A DNA stretch of 60,299 bases, counting the filler. It is 6 parts of 6 records of this genome, joined end to end, with 100 filler letters (N's around TTAATTAATTAA, not from the genome) between each part and the next. Parts side by side here need not be neighbours in the genome. Positions count along the whole stretch, not along the records: positions 1 to 7,523 come from SRR31147125_51911; positions 7,624 to 30,328 come from SRR31147125_51925; 4 more parts are not named here. The stretch is one strand, 5' to 3'. Below the pieces are notes generated by a model. That model saw only the letters and a program-made list of their open reading frames with translations. It ran no database searches and was not told the DNA's origin. Of this stretch, positions 1-8,886 are shown one piece after another (position 1 is the first letter of the stretch; each line of letters starts with the position of its first letter). The position numbers were made by a program, and so were the translations under genes.

Positions 1-72
1 TGTTTAGAGTTCAAGCTTCAGCTTGTCTTCGCTTTGCTTTCGCTCCCACAATCCAAGCTGAGAGTAGAAAGT

Positions 73-112
73 AAAAAACGCCCGGCCTTGGAGAAGTCCA
101 GGGCCGGGCGTT
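73..112 (-). terminator. Intrinsic terminator after LOG gene
   Basis: Inverted repeat aacgcccggcc/ggccgggcgtt with an A6 run on + (U-tract on -), just downstream of the LOG stop. Confidence 0.8.
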
Positions 113-130
113 CTATTCAGGTCATTGAGC

Positions 131-991
131 CTATAAATAATGCCGGGTGAGTTCTTCCTGGAGGTACTCAAAGGCGTCATCGACTGTGTCGCAGATGCGG
201 AAGAGATCCAGGTCTTCCGAGGAGATAACCCCCCATTTTTTCAGGGCCTCAAAATTCATCACCTCATTCCAATAGTCTGCGCCATAGATGACTACCGGGA
301 TGGGGTGGCCGGCCTTTTCGGTTTGGATGAGGGTCAGCACTTCAAAAAGCTCATCAAAGGTGCCAAAACCACCGGGAAAGACCACCAGGGCCTTGGCCAG
401 TGAGACAAACCAAAATTTGCGCACAAAGAAGTAGTGAAACTCAAAGCTGAGTTCTTTATCCTGATAGGGATTGGGATGTTGTTCAAAGGGTAGACTGATA
501 TTCAGGCCGATAGATTGCCCCCCGGCTTCATGCGCGCCTCGGTTGGCTGCTTCCATAATGCCGGGTCCGCCACCGGAACAAATCAGAAATCGATGATGCG
601 AATTCTCCAGCGACAAGGCCCATTCGGTTATGCGTTGGGAAAGCACGCGCGCGTCTTCATAATACCGCGCCATCGTAGCTTCGCGTTGCGCTTCTTCTAC
701 GGCCTTTTCCAATTCCTTTGTATCTGTTTGGCCTGCTTCCAAGGCCGCCTTCGCTTCCTCAAGTTGTTCGGCGGCGACTTCAGGGGGCAAGGTGCGCGCC
801 GAGCCGAAGAAGCAGACGGTGTCTTTCACCCGATACGCCGAAAAGCGGCTGCGCGGCTCCATGAATTCACACAGCACCCGCACTTCACGGGCGTCATCCG
901 AATTTAAAAAGATACCATTCTTATAAGCCTTTTCCGGCCAACGTTCCAATTGTGGGGCCTCAGATTTCGGGCGGGGTATTTTTTCTGCCAT
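131..991 (-). CDS. LOG family (TIGR00730-type) nucleotide phosphoribohydrolase
   Basis: FFGSAR, SGGGPGIMEAANRGA, FFVRKFWF and PGGFGTFDE motifs. Confidence 0.9.
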   Translation of the reverse strand: MAEKIPRPKSEAPQLERWPEKAYKNGIFLNSDDAREVRVLCEFMEPRSRFSAYRVKDTVCFFGSARTLPPEVAAEQLEEAKAALEAGQTDTKELEKAVEEAQREATMARYYEDARVLSQRITEWALSLENSHHRFLICSGGGPGIMEAANRGAHEAGGQSIGLNISLPFEQHPNPYQDKELSFEFHYFFVRKFWFVSLAKALVVFPGGFGTFDELFEVLTLIQTEKAGHPIPVVIYGADYWNEVMNFEALKKWGVISSEDLDLFRICDTVDDAFEYLQEELTRHYL

Positions 992-1121
992 AGGGTCAAC
1001 CTCTTTCCTTTCTATGCATCAACACAAGCGCAACGCTTGCCACTTCAATGAAGACAAGCTGCGTCTAGCCTAGCGGAATCGAGGGGCTAAAAACCATTTT
1101 TTAAGTAGGCGTTGTACATAG

Positions 1122-1152
1122 AAAAACGGGTGAAGCCTGTCGGCTTCACCCG
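1122..1152 (-). terminator. Intrinsic terminator of the oxidoreductase operon
   Basis: cgggtgaagcc/ggcttcacccg hairpin with an A5 run on +. Confidence 0.75.
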
Positions 1153-1178
1153 CGCTTTGGTCTTTGTGGTGATAGGGA

Positions 1179-1550
1179 CTAGTCCACGCTTCGTGTGACA
1201 GCGACATCCACGCCCGTATCTTTGAAGTTATTTAGGATGATGTCTCCGCATCTTTTCGGAGGGGTAATCTCCAGGCCATAGATGGTCGCCAGGAGTTCAG
1301 GGATGAGCGCGATTAAGAGTGGTTTGGTGGATTTGACCGGGATATAGGGCGTCTCGGCTGAGGTGCAGCGCGCGACCGCAGTCACCACCCGCTTGGGTTC
1401 AAAATATTCTTCCTGGGCGTAGACTTCGCCTCGGTCACATTTGGCCCCTTCAATCGTGAGGTTATTGTTATCGTCACAGGCAACCGTGAGGTGGCACCCG
1501 TTGGGGCAGCCCAGACAAATCATATTTTTAGTTGTTGTATTGTTAGACAT
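1179..1550 (-). CDS. DUF1667 family small metal-binding protein
   Basis: ICLGCPNGC...CDRG..YA..E...PKR motif; start re-called at MSNNTT; third gene of the cassette. Confidence 0.85.
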   Translation of the reverse strand: MSNNTTTKNMICLGCPNGCHLTVACDDNNNLTIEGAKCDRGEVYAQEEYFEPKRVVTAVARCTSAETPYIPVKSTKPLLIALIPELLATIYGLEITPPKRCGDIILNNFKDTGVDVAVTRSVD

Positions 1551-1554
1551 CGTG

Positions 1555-2823
1555 CTACTCCTGTTCCACGGCAATTTCGATAGCGCCCGGTTCCGATCCT
1601 TCGGAGGCGGGCACTTCATCCGCTTTGAGGGTGAAGTGAATCATCTCGGCCGGCTTGATGTGGCGCAGCGTTTTCTTCTTGATCACCGCCCCATCTTTTT
1701 TGACCCGCAGCACGCCCTTTTCCTTAACCACCATGGCGCGCAGGGAGAAGATGCTGTCTTTGTCCGGCGCATAGCGCTGGGGCACCACATATTTGACGTT
1801 GGCCCCCGCCAGCACTTTGCCTTGATGCTTTGCGGCGCTTTCGCCCGCCAGGTAAGACAAGACAAAGTCGCCGCAACGAGAGGATTCTTCGGAAGCCCAG
1901 TCCACCAGGTCATGGACATGGAGGACATTACCACAGGCGAAGATGCCGTCCACATTGGTCATCATTTTCGAATCGACCACGGGACCATTGGTGTCGAAGG
2001 AAAGATCCACACCCGCCGCTTTGCTTAACTCATTCTCAGGGATGAGCCCGACTGAGAGCAGGATGGTGTCACAGGGGATATAGAAGGCCTTCTCCGTGAT
2101 CAGCTTGCCTTCTTCCAAGGGGGTCACTTCCAGGCCTTCCACCCGATCTTTGCCTTCAATTCGGGTGACCAGGTGACTCAGATACAGGGGGATATCAAAA
2201 TCGTTGAGACACTGCACGATGTTGCGCGTGACGCCGGAGGGGTGGGGGAGGATTTCGATGACGGCGGAGACCTCGGCGCCGACCCAGGTCATGCGGCGGG
2301 CCATAATCAGACCGATATCACCTGATCCTATAATGACGACCTTCTTACCGGGTACATAGCCTTCGATATTGATGAGGCGTTGCGCCAGGCCGGCGGTAAA
2401 GACGCCGGCGGGGCGGGTGCCGGGGATGCCCAGGTTACCGCGATTACGTTCGCGACAGCCCATGGCCAGCACCACGGCGGGCGCACGCAGGACAAAGACC
2501 CCATGGTCCGGACCGCAGGCCATCAGAATTTTATCGCCCTGTTCCTGGGTGATTTCCATAATGGTCGTGTTCAGAAAGACATCGATATCTTCACAGGCCT
2601 GTACCCGTTGCGCATAGCGCTCAGCGAATTCAGGGCCGGTAAGCTCTTCGTTGAAGTTATGCAGGCCAAAACCATTGTGAATACATTGCAGCAAGATACC
2701 GCCCAAATGGCCTTCCCGTTCTGCAATCGCCACACGTCGTCCCGCTTCAGCGATGCGCAAGGCAGCCGCCATACCGGCCGCGCCGCCACCAATCACGATA
2801 GCATCATAATTTTTTTCAATCAT
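1555..2823 (-). CDS. NAD(P)/FAD-dependent pyridine nucleotide-disulfide oxidoreductase
   Basis: GGGAAG dinucleotide fold, QCIHNGFG, GSGDIGLIMARR, GNVLHVHDLVD; start MIEKNY overlaps the upstream stop. Confidence 0.88.
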   Translation of the reverse strand: MIEKNYDAIVIGGGAAGMAAALRIAEAGRRVAIAEREGHLGGILLQCIHNGFGLHNFNEELTGPEFAERYAQRVQACEDIDVFLNTTIMEITQEQGDKILMACGPDHGVFVLRAPAVVLAMGCRERNRGNLGIPGTRPAGVFTAGLAQRLINIEGYVPGKKVVIIGSGDIGLIMARRMTWVGAEVSAVIEILPHPSGVTRNIVQCLNDFDIPLYLSHLVTRIEGKDRVEGLEVTPLEEGKLITEKAFYIPCDTILLSVGLIPENELSKAAGVDLSFDTNGPVVDSKMMTNVDGIFACGNVLHVHDLVDWASEESSRCGDFVLSYLAGESAAKHQGKVLAGANVKYVVPQRYAPDKDSIFSLRAMVVKEKGVLRVKKDGAVIKKKTLRHIKPAEMIHFTLKADEVPASEGSEPGAIEIAVEQE

Positions 2824-4288
2824 TGTCCGTCCTCCCCGCCATAGCAGAGGCCGATAATTTTTCCAAGACCAAACGACTTCCGGCGCCCCGCTTCGTGATG
2901 GCTTCAATCGGCATGCCGGTTTCCCGAGCGATTATTTTGAGAATTTTATAGGTGCAGAAGCCTCCCTGGCAACGGCCCATGCCTGATCGCGTATAAAATT
3001 TGATACCATCAAGCGTGGTGTGGCCCTGGTGAATCGCCTCGACAATCTCCGCCTCGGAGACCGATTCACAGCGGCACACAATATGGCCGTATTGTGGGTT
3101 CTCCCCCACCAGAGCCTCAAGTTCCTCGGGCGATTTCTCCCGCACCCGCACCTTTTGGGAGATGGTGGGATCGTAGTCGGCCTTTTCGGTCAGGCTCAGG
3201 CCTGCCGTTTTAAGGAGGTCTTTTACATAGTCGCCAATCGCCGGTGAGGCGGTCAGCCCCGGACTCTGAATGCCGGCGGCTTGAATGAACTGCGGGGCTT
3301 TCTTGGAAATATCGATGAAGAAATCATTGCCCTCCATGACCGGGCGCAGGCCCACGAAGGAAGTAATGATTTCCCGTCGTGAGATGCCCGGCATCAAATG
3401 CATGGCTTGGGAGAAGACCGTGTCCAGATTTTCTTGGGTGGTGGCCTTATCTTCCTTGTCGTCAATCGCAGTTGCCGTTGGCCCTATCATCATGGTGCCT
3501 TCCACCGTGGGAATGACGAGCATGCCTTTGGTGTGTCGGCCGGGCACTGGGAAAATGACTTGATTGGGGAAGCCCGTGGCATTGCGTTCCAGCAAGAATT
3601 CCTCCCCTTTTCGTGGGGTGATTTCAAAGCTTTCGGCGGAGAAGGCTTTGGAAACCTCATCGGCGAATAAACCACCGGCATTGATCGCGTAACGGGCCTG
3701 CACCCTTTCACCACTGGCGGCGTGAATGGTGTGGACGCCGTCAGAAAAATCGGTCTTATCCACCTGGAAATCGGTTCTGAGATCCAGGCCGTTTTTTTTG
3801 GCCGATTCCACCAGCGCAAAGACATAGCGATAGGGCTCAACAATGCCACCGGTCGGGGCGTAAAGTGCGCCGACCACATCCGGGTTGAGTTTAGGCTCCA
3901 TCATCAGCAAGCGTTCCCGGCCACAGATTTCCAGGTTCGGCACGCCGTTGGCCACGCCCTGTTCATAGAGCTGCTCAACAGTCTTCATCTCTTCATAGGA
4001 GAAAGCCACGACCAGGATGCCCACCCGCTTGAAGGGGAAGTCCAGTTCATGATGCAACTGCTCGAACATCAGGTTGCCCTTGATTTCGAGCTTTGCTTTC
4101 AGTGAGGTGGCCGGGTGGTGAAAACCGGCATGCACAATGCCGGAGTTGGCTTTGGAAACGCCAAAACAGACATCCGCGCACTTCTCCAAGAGCACCACAT
4201 CCAGCGCATAGGCCGAGAGTCGCCGGGCGATGGAGGCGCCCGTTGCTCCTGCGCCAACAATGGCAACGTCATAAATCTTGTCAGACAT
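2816..4288 (-). CDS. FAD-dependent glycerol-3-phosphate dehydrogenase-like (GlpA/LhgO family) with C-terminal BFD-like [2Fe-2S] domain
   Basis: GAGATG, SKANSGIVHAG, GIQSPGLTASPAI, C-terminal CRCE...GMGRCQGGFC. Confidence 0.88.
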   Translation of the reverse strand: MSDKIYDVAIVGAGATGASIARRLSAYALDVVLLEKCADVCFGVSKANSGIVHAGFHHPATSLKAKLEIKGNLMFEQLHHELDFPFKRVGILVVAFSYEEMKTVEQLYEQGVANGVPNLEICGRERLLMMEPKLNPDVVGALYAPTGGIVEPYRYVFALVESAKKNGLDLRTDFQVDKTDFSDGVHTIHAASGERVQARYAINAGGLFADEVSKAFSAESFEITPRKGEEFLLERNATGFPNQVIFPVPGRHTKGMLVIPTVEGTMMIGPTATAIDDKEDKATTQENLDTVFSQAMHLMPGISRREIITSFVGLRPVMEGNDFFIDISKKAPQFIQAAGIQSPGLTASPAIGDYVKDLLKTAGLSLTEKADYDPTISQKVRVREKSPEELEALVGENPQYGHIVCRCESVSEAEIVEAIHQGHTTLDGIKFYTRSGMGRCQGGFCTYKILKIIARETGMPIEAITKRGAGSRLVLEKLSASAMAGRTDND

Positions 4289-4446
4289 GATCCTAGAAAT
4301 CCCTTACTTCGGTTGTGGCTCCTCTTACCCGATTTGGTGGCGGTGGAGGGCTTCACAGGATGGAACTCAAATTATTACGGCTGGCGAGGGATCGCCAGCC
4401 GTACCTGCAAAAGATATTCCTTCTTAGCTTGCTGCGCTAAGTGGCC

Positions 4447-5124
4447 TTATTGATTCGGGCCTTCAACAATCCAGGGATCATTGATGGGCTTATAGAGCAG
4501 CTCGACGGATTGCTTGTCGCCGATGATCCGGATCAACTGAACAACCTCATGAAAATCTTCACCTTCTCTAATCTTATAGGTCTCTTTCTCTTTGGTCTTG
4601 GGATCGAAGACTTCAAGAAAGGCGTAGAGTTCATTGTCGACATCCATAAAGCCCGTGACTTTCACCACAGGACGCGCCAACATGATATCCGCACGCTCGA
4701 CGAGACGCTTGTATTTCGTGTCGCCCGGCTTCATAGCAAGATAGAGATCCACGCCCGCTTTGACCAAATACCAGCGCTTGGTGTCGCGCGCCTTGCGCAC
4801 CAAGTCACTCACCTTGGAAGGCATTTTACTTAAGGCTTCGGTGGCATTCTCTTCTTGGTTGTGTTTCGTCTTGGTTCTGCGGTATTCATCCAAGGCGCTT
4901 TTCTTTGCGGTTTCAACCTGCACCTTGCTTACGCCCAAGGCCGCATTGTCCCCCATACTGATCAAGGGAGCAATGGCCTTGTTCAAACTCCGCACAATCT
5001 GATCCACGGTCAGCGGAATGGGTTCGGGCTTTTCCTCCTCAGGTGGTTTCTCCGGGGTACAGCCCAACAAGCCGCCGCACAGGGCGATAGTGAAGACTAA
5101 GCTAATTATGAGAATATTGCGCAT
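4447..5124 (-). CDS. Hypothetical lipoprotein
   Basis: Signal peptide with LLGC lipobox, Pro/Glu linker, 225-aa ORF with agagagga RBS. Confidence 0.7.
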   Translation of the reverse strand: MRNILIISLVFTIALCGGLLGCTPEKPPEEEKPEPIPLTVDQIVRSLNKAIAPLISMGDNAALGVSKVQVETAKKSALDEYRRTKTKHNQEENATEALSKMPSKVSDLVRKARDTKRWYLVKAGVDLYLAMKPGDTKYKRLVERADIMLARPVVKVTGFMDVDNELYAFLEVFDPKTKEKETYKIREGEDFHEVVQLIRIIGDKQSVELLYKPINDPWIVEGPNQ

Positions 5125-5571
5125 ACTTGTATCCTCTCTTTCGGGTTAAATCATGCCGTATCCTAGCATAGCTTTGGGGAAAGTTACAATGACCTTGCCC
5201 GGCGGATTTAGCGAGCCAAGAGAATTGGCAGGGCGCTTTTTTTGCAGGTCCGGGACCTAAAGTGGAAGGGGCTTTCGAGGGAATATGGGTGGCGTGTAAA
5301 AAGCGACTTTATTGTTTTCATTGTACAGGGGGGACACAATAGTGTAGGATATAGGAAGGCGTGCATGGCTCTATATTAACTGTCAAGAGTTTCCCTTGGG
5401 TGGGGCCAAGCGCTGCTCTAGGAGCACAAGGCTGATTTTGGCCTTTGTGCCGAGGCTGTCAATGTGGGGCGGATGAAGGAGGGGCGTGGGCAGGGGGATG
5501 CGAGACGGGTTCTCGCCATCACCCAGAAGGCTGAAACACGCTCCCTTTTTAACACGGAAAAGGCTGCGATC

Positions 5572-6507
5572 ATGAGCAAAATTTTGCTGGTAGATGATGA
5601 TGTCGATCTTGCGGAACTGATTAAGACCAAGCTCTCGGCAGAGGGGCATCAAGTTTTTGTCATTAATACCGGGGAAGGCGCGTTTGAATACGCCAAACAA
5701 GTCAAACCCGATATTTGTATTTTAGATATCATGTTGCCCGGCATGACCGGCTATCAGGTCTGCCGCAAGCTGCGTAAGGATCCCGAACTCTATCGGGTGG
5801 CTATTTTGATCCTGACGGCTTTAGGCGAGGAACCCGAGATTCTCCATGGACTGGAGCAAGGTGCGGATGATTATTTGGTCAAGCCCTTCCGCCTGGATCG
5901 CTTGATGGACAAGATAGCGTCGCTCAAGACTTTGATGAAAGCGGTGGCTAGCACTAATCGGCTGACCAACCTGCCCGGTACGGATGCCATCAAACGTGAG
6001 ATCAATCATCGTCTGGCGCGCAATACCGCCATTGCCGCGATCTATATTGACGCCAGCGGTTTTAAGCCCTACGTGGCCGCCCGAGGAAAAGAAGGCCAGC
6101 AAAAAGCCTTGTCTTTTCTTTCCCAAATGCTGACTTCACTGACCCGTGATATGGGCGTATATGAATGCTTTACTGCGCATATGGGCGGGGAGCATTTTGT
6201 CTTGTTGATGAAGCTGGAGGATTATGAGCGCTTTTGCAGCACCTTGGTGCAAAGCTTTGATGATCGGCGTCAGGAACTCTATACCCCCCAAGAAATCCAG
6301 AATGGCTACATTATGGCCAAGGACCGCAATGGCAGTGAGGTGCGTTGTCCTCTCATGGCCCTTTCCGTCGGGGTGGCCCATACACAATACCGCAACTATA
6401 AAAGCGCCAAGAAGATTTTTGAGGTGCTGGCCCAAGTGCGGCAAAAGGCCCAGCCCCAACAGGGTAAAAGCGTGCTTTTCGTGGACCGCCGACGCAGCGA
6501 CCGCTAA
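5572..6507 (+). CDS. Response regulator: REC domain plus degenerate GGDEF domain
   Basis: ILLVDDD, LDIMLPG, LTA, GADDYLVKPF; then LTNLPG, YID..FK, HMGGEHF, LSVGVA. Confidence 0.85.
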   Translation: MSKILLVDDDVDLAELIKTKLSAEGHQVFVINTGEGAFEYAKQVKPDICILDIMLPGMTGYQVCRKLRKDPELYRVAILILTALGEEPEILHGLEQGADDYLVKPFRLDRLMDKIASLKTLMKAVASTNRLTNLPGTDAIKREINHRLARNTAIAAIYIDASGFKPYVAARGKEGQQKALSFLSQMLTSLTRDMGVYECFTAHMGGEHFVLLMKLEDYERFCSTLVQSFDDRRQELYTPQEIQNGYIMAKDRNGSEVRCPLMALSVGVAHTQYRNYKSAKKIFEVLAQVRQKAQPQQGKSVLFVDRRRSDR

Positions 6508-6513
6508 GGGACT

Positions 6514-7029
6514 ATGCAGCGACTGCTTGAAAGGAGGATGGGTGTGGGACGGCTTTTGATGGGTATCCTGGTAATCCTTTTCGTGCTTGCTGTTTCCATT
6601 ACCGCCTACATTAAAGCCCAAGACCTGGATCCCCAAGAGCTCCTGCAGCGCTGCCAAAAGAGCCGACCACAATGGCAAAGCTACCAGGAAGACATCAAAG
6701 GCCAGGTCGGGGCAAGTCCCGTGGCCAAGTGGAAAGGGCGGATTTTACGGGTGGCCCAAGTACAGGCCGGCGTGGAAGTCACCGTCCTGCTCGAAACGCC
6801 GTGGGATAGCTATGCCGCAAATCTCCCCATCCTCCTGCGCGATCCCTTGGGCGCAGTCTACACCCAAAGCCATGTCGATGGACAGGGCAAGCAACGTATC
6901 TATCACTTTGCGCTTGAAACGCACAGCGCCGCACAGACCCTGCCTTGGATTGAAATCCACTATCCCCACACCGAACGGCGCATCTCCCTGGATCAGGAAG
7001 GGGCTTGGCAGCAGCCGGATACGCCGTAG
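6514..7029 (+). CDS. Hypothetical membrane-anchored protein
   Basis: N-terminal hydrophobic helix; begins 6 nt after the upstream stop (alternative start 6538). Confidence 0.6.
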   Translation: MQRLLERRMGVGRLLMGILVILFVLAVSITAYIKAQDLDPQELLQRCQKSRPQWQSYQEDIKGQVGASPVAKWKGRILRVAQVQAGVEVTVLLETPWDSYAANLPILLRDPLGAVYTQSHVDGQGKQRIYHFALETHSAAQTLPWIEIHYPHTERRISLDQEGAWQQPDTP

Positions 7030-7225
7030 CCGCGCACGCACCCTTTTTTTAGCCCCTTTCCGATATCCAAGCCCCGTCATACCCGATCCCGGCCATATTG
7101 CATGCGCTGGCGTGGTATGGTATAAGTATTGAAATTATTGAAAACCTTGGAAAAATAGATATGGCTTTGGCCGCAAGTGCGGTGATTTCGTCGCACCGGA
7201 CAACCCTTCATTGCAGGATACGAGG

Positions 7226-7523
7226 ATGGATTTGAATCGCTTTATTCGCTTGACTTGCGGGGTGCTGCTGAGTGCGCTGTGTTTGTGTGCTTGTCCCGCG
7301 TGGGACTGGGCCTTTGATAACAAGGTGGAGGGGCTGGCCCTGTATCATCTTTCCGAGGCGGCGCTTGCTCTGAGCACGGTGGTGCAGGATCCGGATAGCA
7401 CAGAGACGCTGGCTCTATTTGGCGCCCACTCTGAAGACGGGCTTCTATTGCAAGTCGGCGGGGTCTGCTATACGGGCGTGGCGGGAACGTGGGTGACGGT
7501 CTATCAGGGGGAGGATGGGCGGC
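7226..7523 (+). CDS. Exported/lipoprotein, 3'-truncated by contig end
   Basis: gagg RBS, signal peptide with LCAC lipobox-like motif, open to the spacer. Confidence 0.5.
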
Positions 7524-7623
7524 NNNNNNNNNNNNNNNNNNNNNNNNNNNNNNNNNNNNNNNNNNNNTTAATTAATTAANNNNNNNNNNNNNNNNNNNNN
7601 NNNNNNNNNNNNNNNNNNNNNNN
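7524..7623. other. Artificial contig spacer
   Basis: 100 nt: N-run, ttaattaattaa (stops in all frames), N-run. Confidence 0.98.
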
Positions 7624-8043
7624 AAGATCAATTTGCGGGATTACTACCCGTTTTATCAATATGACTGTGTTATCGAAGTTCCTGACGATGTTGCTGATGC
7701 ATTGCATGAATTGGACCGGTTTGAGGCCAACTATCGGCGTAGATTATACCGAAACAAAGCGTTTTATTCCCTGGACTGCAATGACGGCATTGAGCATGAC
7801 ATTCTTTTTATTTCACGCTCGCCATCTGAGATTTATGAGCGCAAAGTTACATACGGACAACTTCATGCTGCCATAGCATCTCTGCCGGACAAGCAGGCCA
7901 AGCGTATCTATGCCCATTATATTTTAGGCATGAGTAAGGCATCAATAGCCAAATCTGAAGGAATTAGCGATAAGGCAGTCCGAATTTCTATTGAAAAGGG
8001 ATTGAAGCATTTAGAAAGAATCTTAAAAAATATTTTGGACTAG
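7624..8043 (+). CDS. Sigma-70 region-4 type regulator typical of Firmicutes conjugative elements; start lost at contig edge
   Basis: KINLRDYYP N-terminus, YSLD..DG, LPDKQAKRIYAHY.LGMS.ASIA..EG.S.KAV..SI HTH. Confidence 0.85.
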   Translation, partial: KINLRDYYPFYQYDCVIEVPDDVADALHELDRFEANYRRRLYRNKAFYSLDCNDGIEHDILFISRSPSEIYERKVTYGQLHAAIASLPDKQAKRIYAHYILGMSKASIAKSEGISDKAVRISIEKGLKHLERILKNILD

Positions 8044-8104
8044 GGGGTCCGGTTTTGGCCCAAAAATGTCACGGTTATTGAGAGGGCTATTCAAAACTCT
8101 TTTT

Positions 8105-8550
8105 GCAACTTGAAAACTGAATATACAATATTGTAGGCACAAAACCCGCGTGACCGTAAGGTCAGCGAAATAAGGCGCGTCGCCAAGACGATGACTTTGA
8201 GGGGGGATCGATAAAAGCCATCTGAGCGATCAACGTATGCCTTAAACTCGATTTGGCAGATCGGGCGCGATGAAATCGCGGGGGATAATGAAACTTTCTC
8301 ACGACCTCCTAAAGACTTGGGGGGAACCCTGAGATATTCGCCAGTCTTACAAACGGCGGTATCACGGAGTTATGACAGCCTCGCCAGAGGCGGCCTGCAA
8401 TATTCCCATGTCGTTGGGGGCGCGTGGCAAATACGACGATAAAGTGATAATCAGTATGCTAAATGATATAGGACAGCCGCGCCATAATCTTACAAAAGTC
8501 TCATCGATAACGTATGGACATTGGTAGAATGAGCGCGGCTGTTTTCTTTA
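8105..8550 (+). ncRNA. Candidate large structured RNA (family unassigned)
   Basis: No ORF of 60 aa or more; about a dozen manually identified helices, including nested ones, ending in a 10-bp GC-rich stem plus U-tract. Confidence 0.6.
8473..8549 (+). terminator. Long hairpin, terminator-like, upstream of xis
   Basis: acagccgcgc (8473-8482) pairs with gcgcggctgt (8533-8542), followed by tttcttt. Confidence 0.55.
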
Positions 8551-8650
8551 TAACAACATTGCATCAGATAGCACAATACAATACAATTAATTTGTAGGAA
8601 TCAAACAGACGTGAGTGCTATCGGTGATTCTGCTTTGAAAGGAGGTCCCA

Positions 8651-8863
8651 ATGAACACTTCAGCAACAGATAACACTCAAACAGCCTCTGTGCTCACTCA
8701 GCGAACTTATAGGGTTGATGAGATAGCCAGTCTTTTAGGAATTGGCCGCACCTCAGCATATAACCTTGTAAAACAGGGGCTATTCAAGACAGTACGAATT
8801 GGTACATCCATACGAGTGTCAAAGAAGTCCTTTGACGAATGGTTGGACAGTCAAACCTGTTAA
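8651..8863 (+). CDS. xis: Excisionase (HTH_17 family)
   Basis: YRVDEIASLLGIGRTSAYNLV...VRIGTSIRVSKKSFDEWL; aaggagg RBS; directly upstream of the integrase. Confidence 0.9.
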   Translation: MNTSATDNTQTASVLTQRTYRVDEIASLLGIGRTSAYNLVKQGLFKTVRIGTSIRVSKKSFDEWLDSQTC

Positions 8864-8886
8864 ATCATTATTAAAGGAGAATAAGT

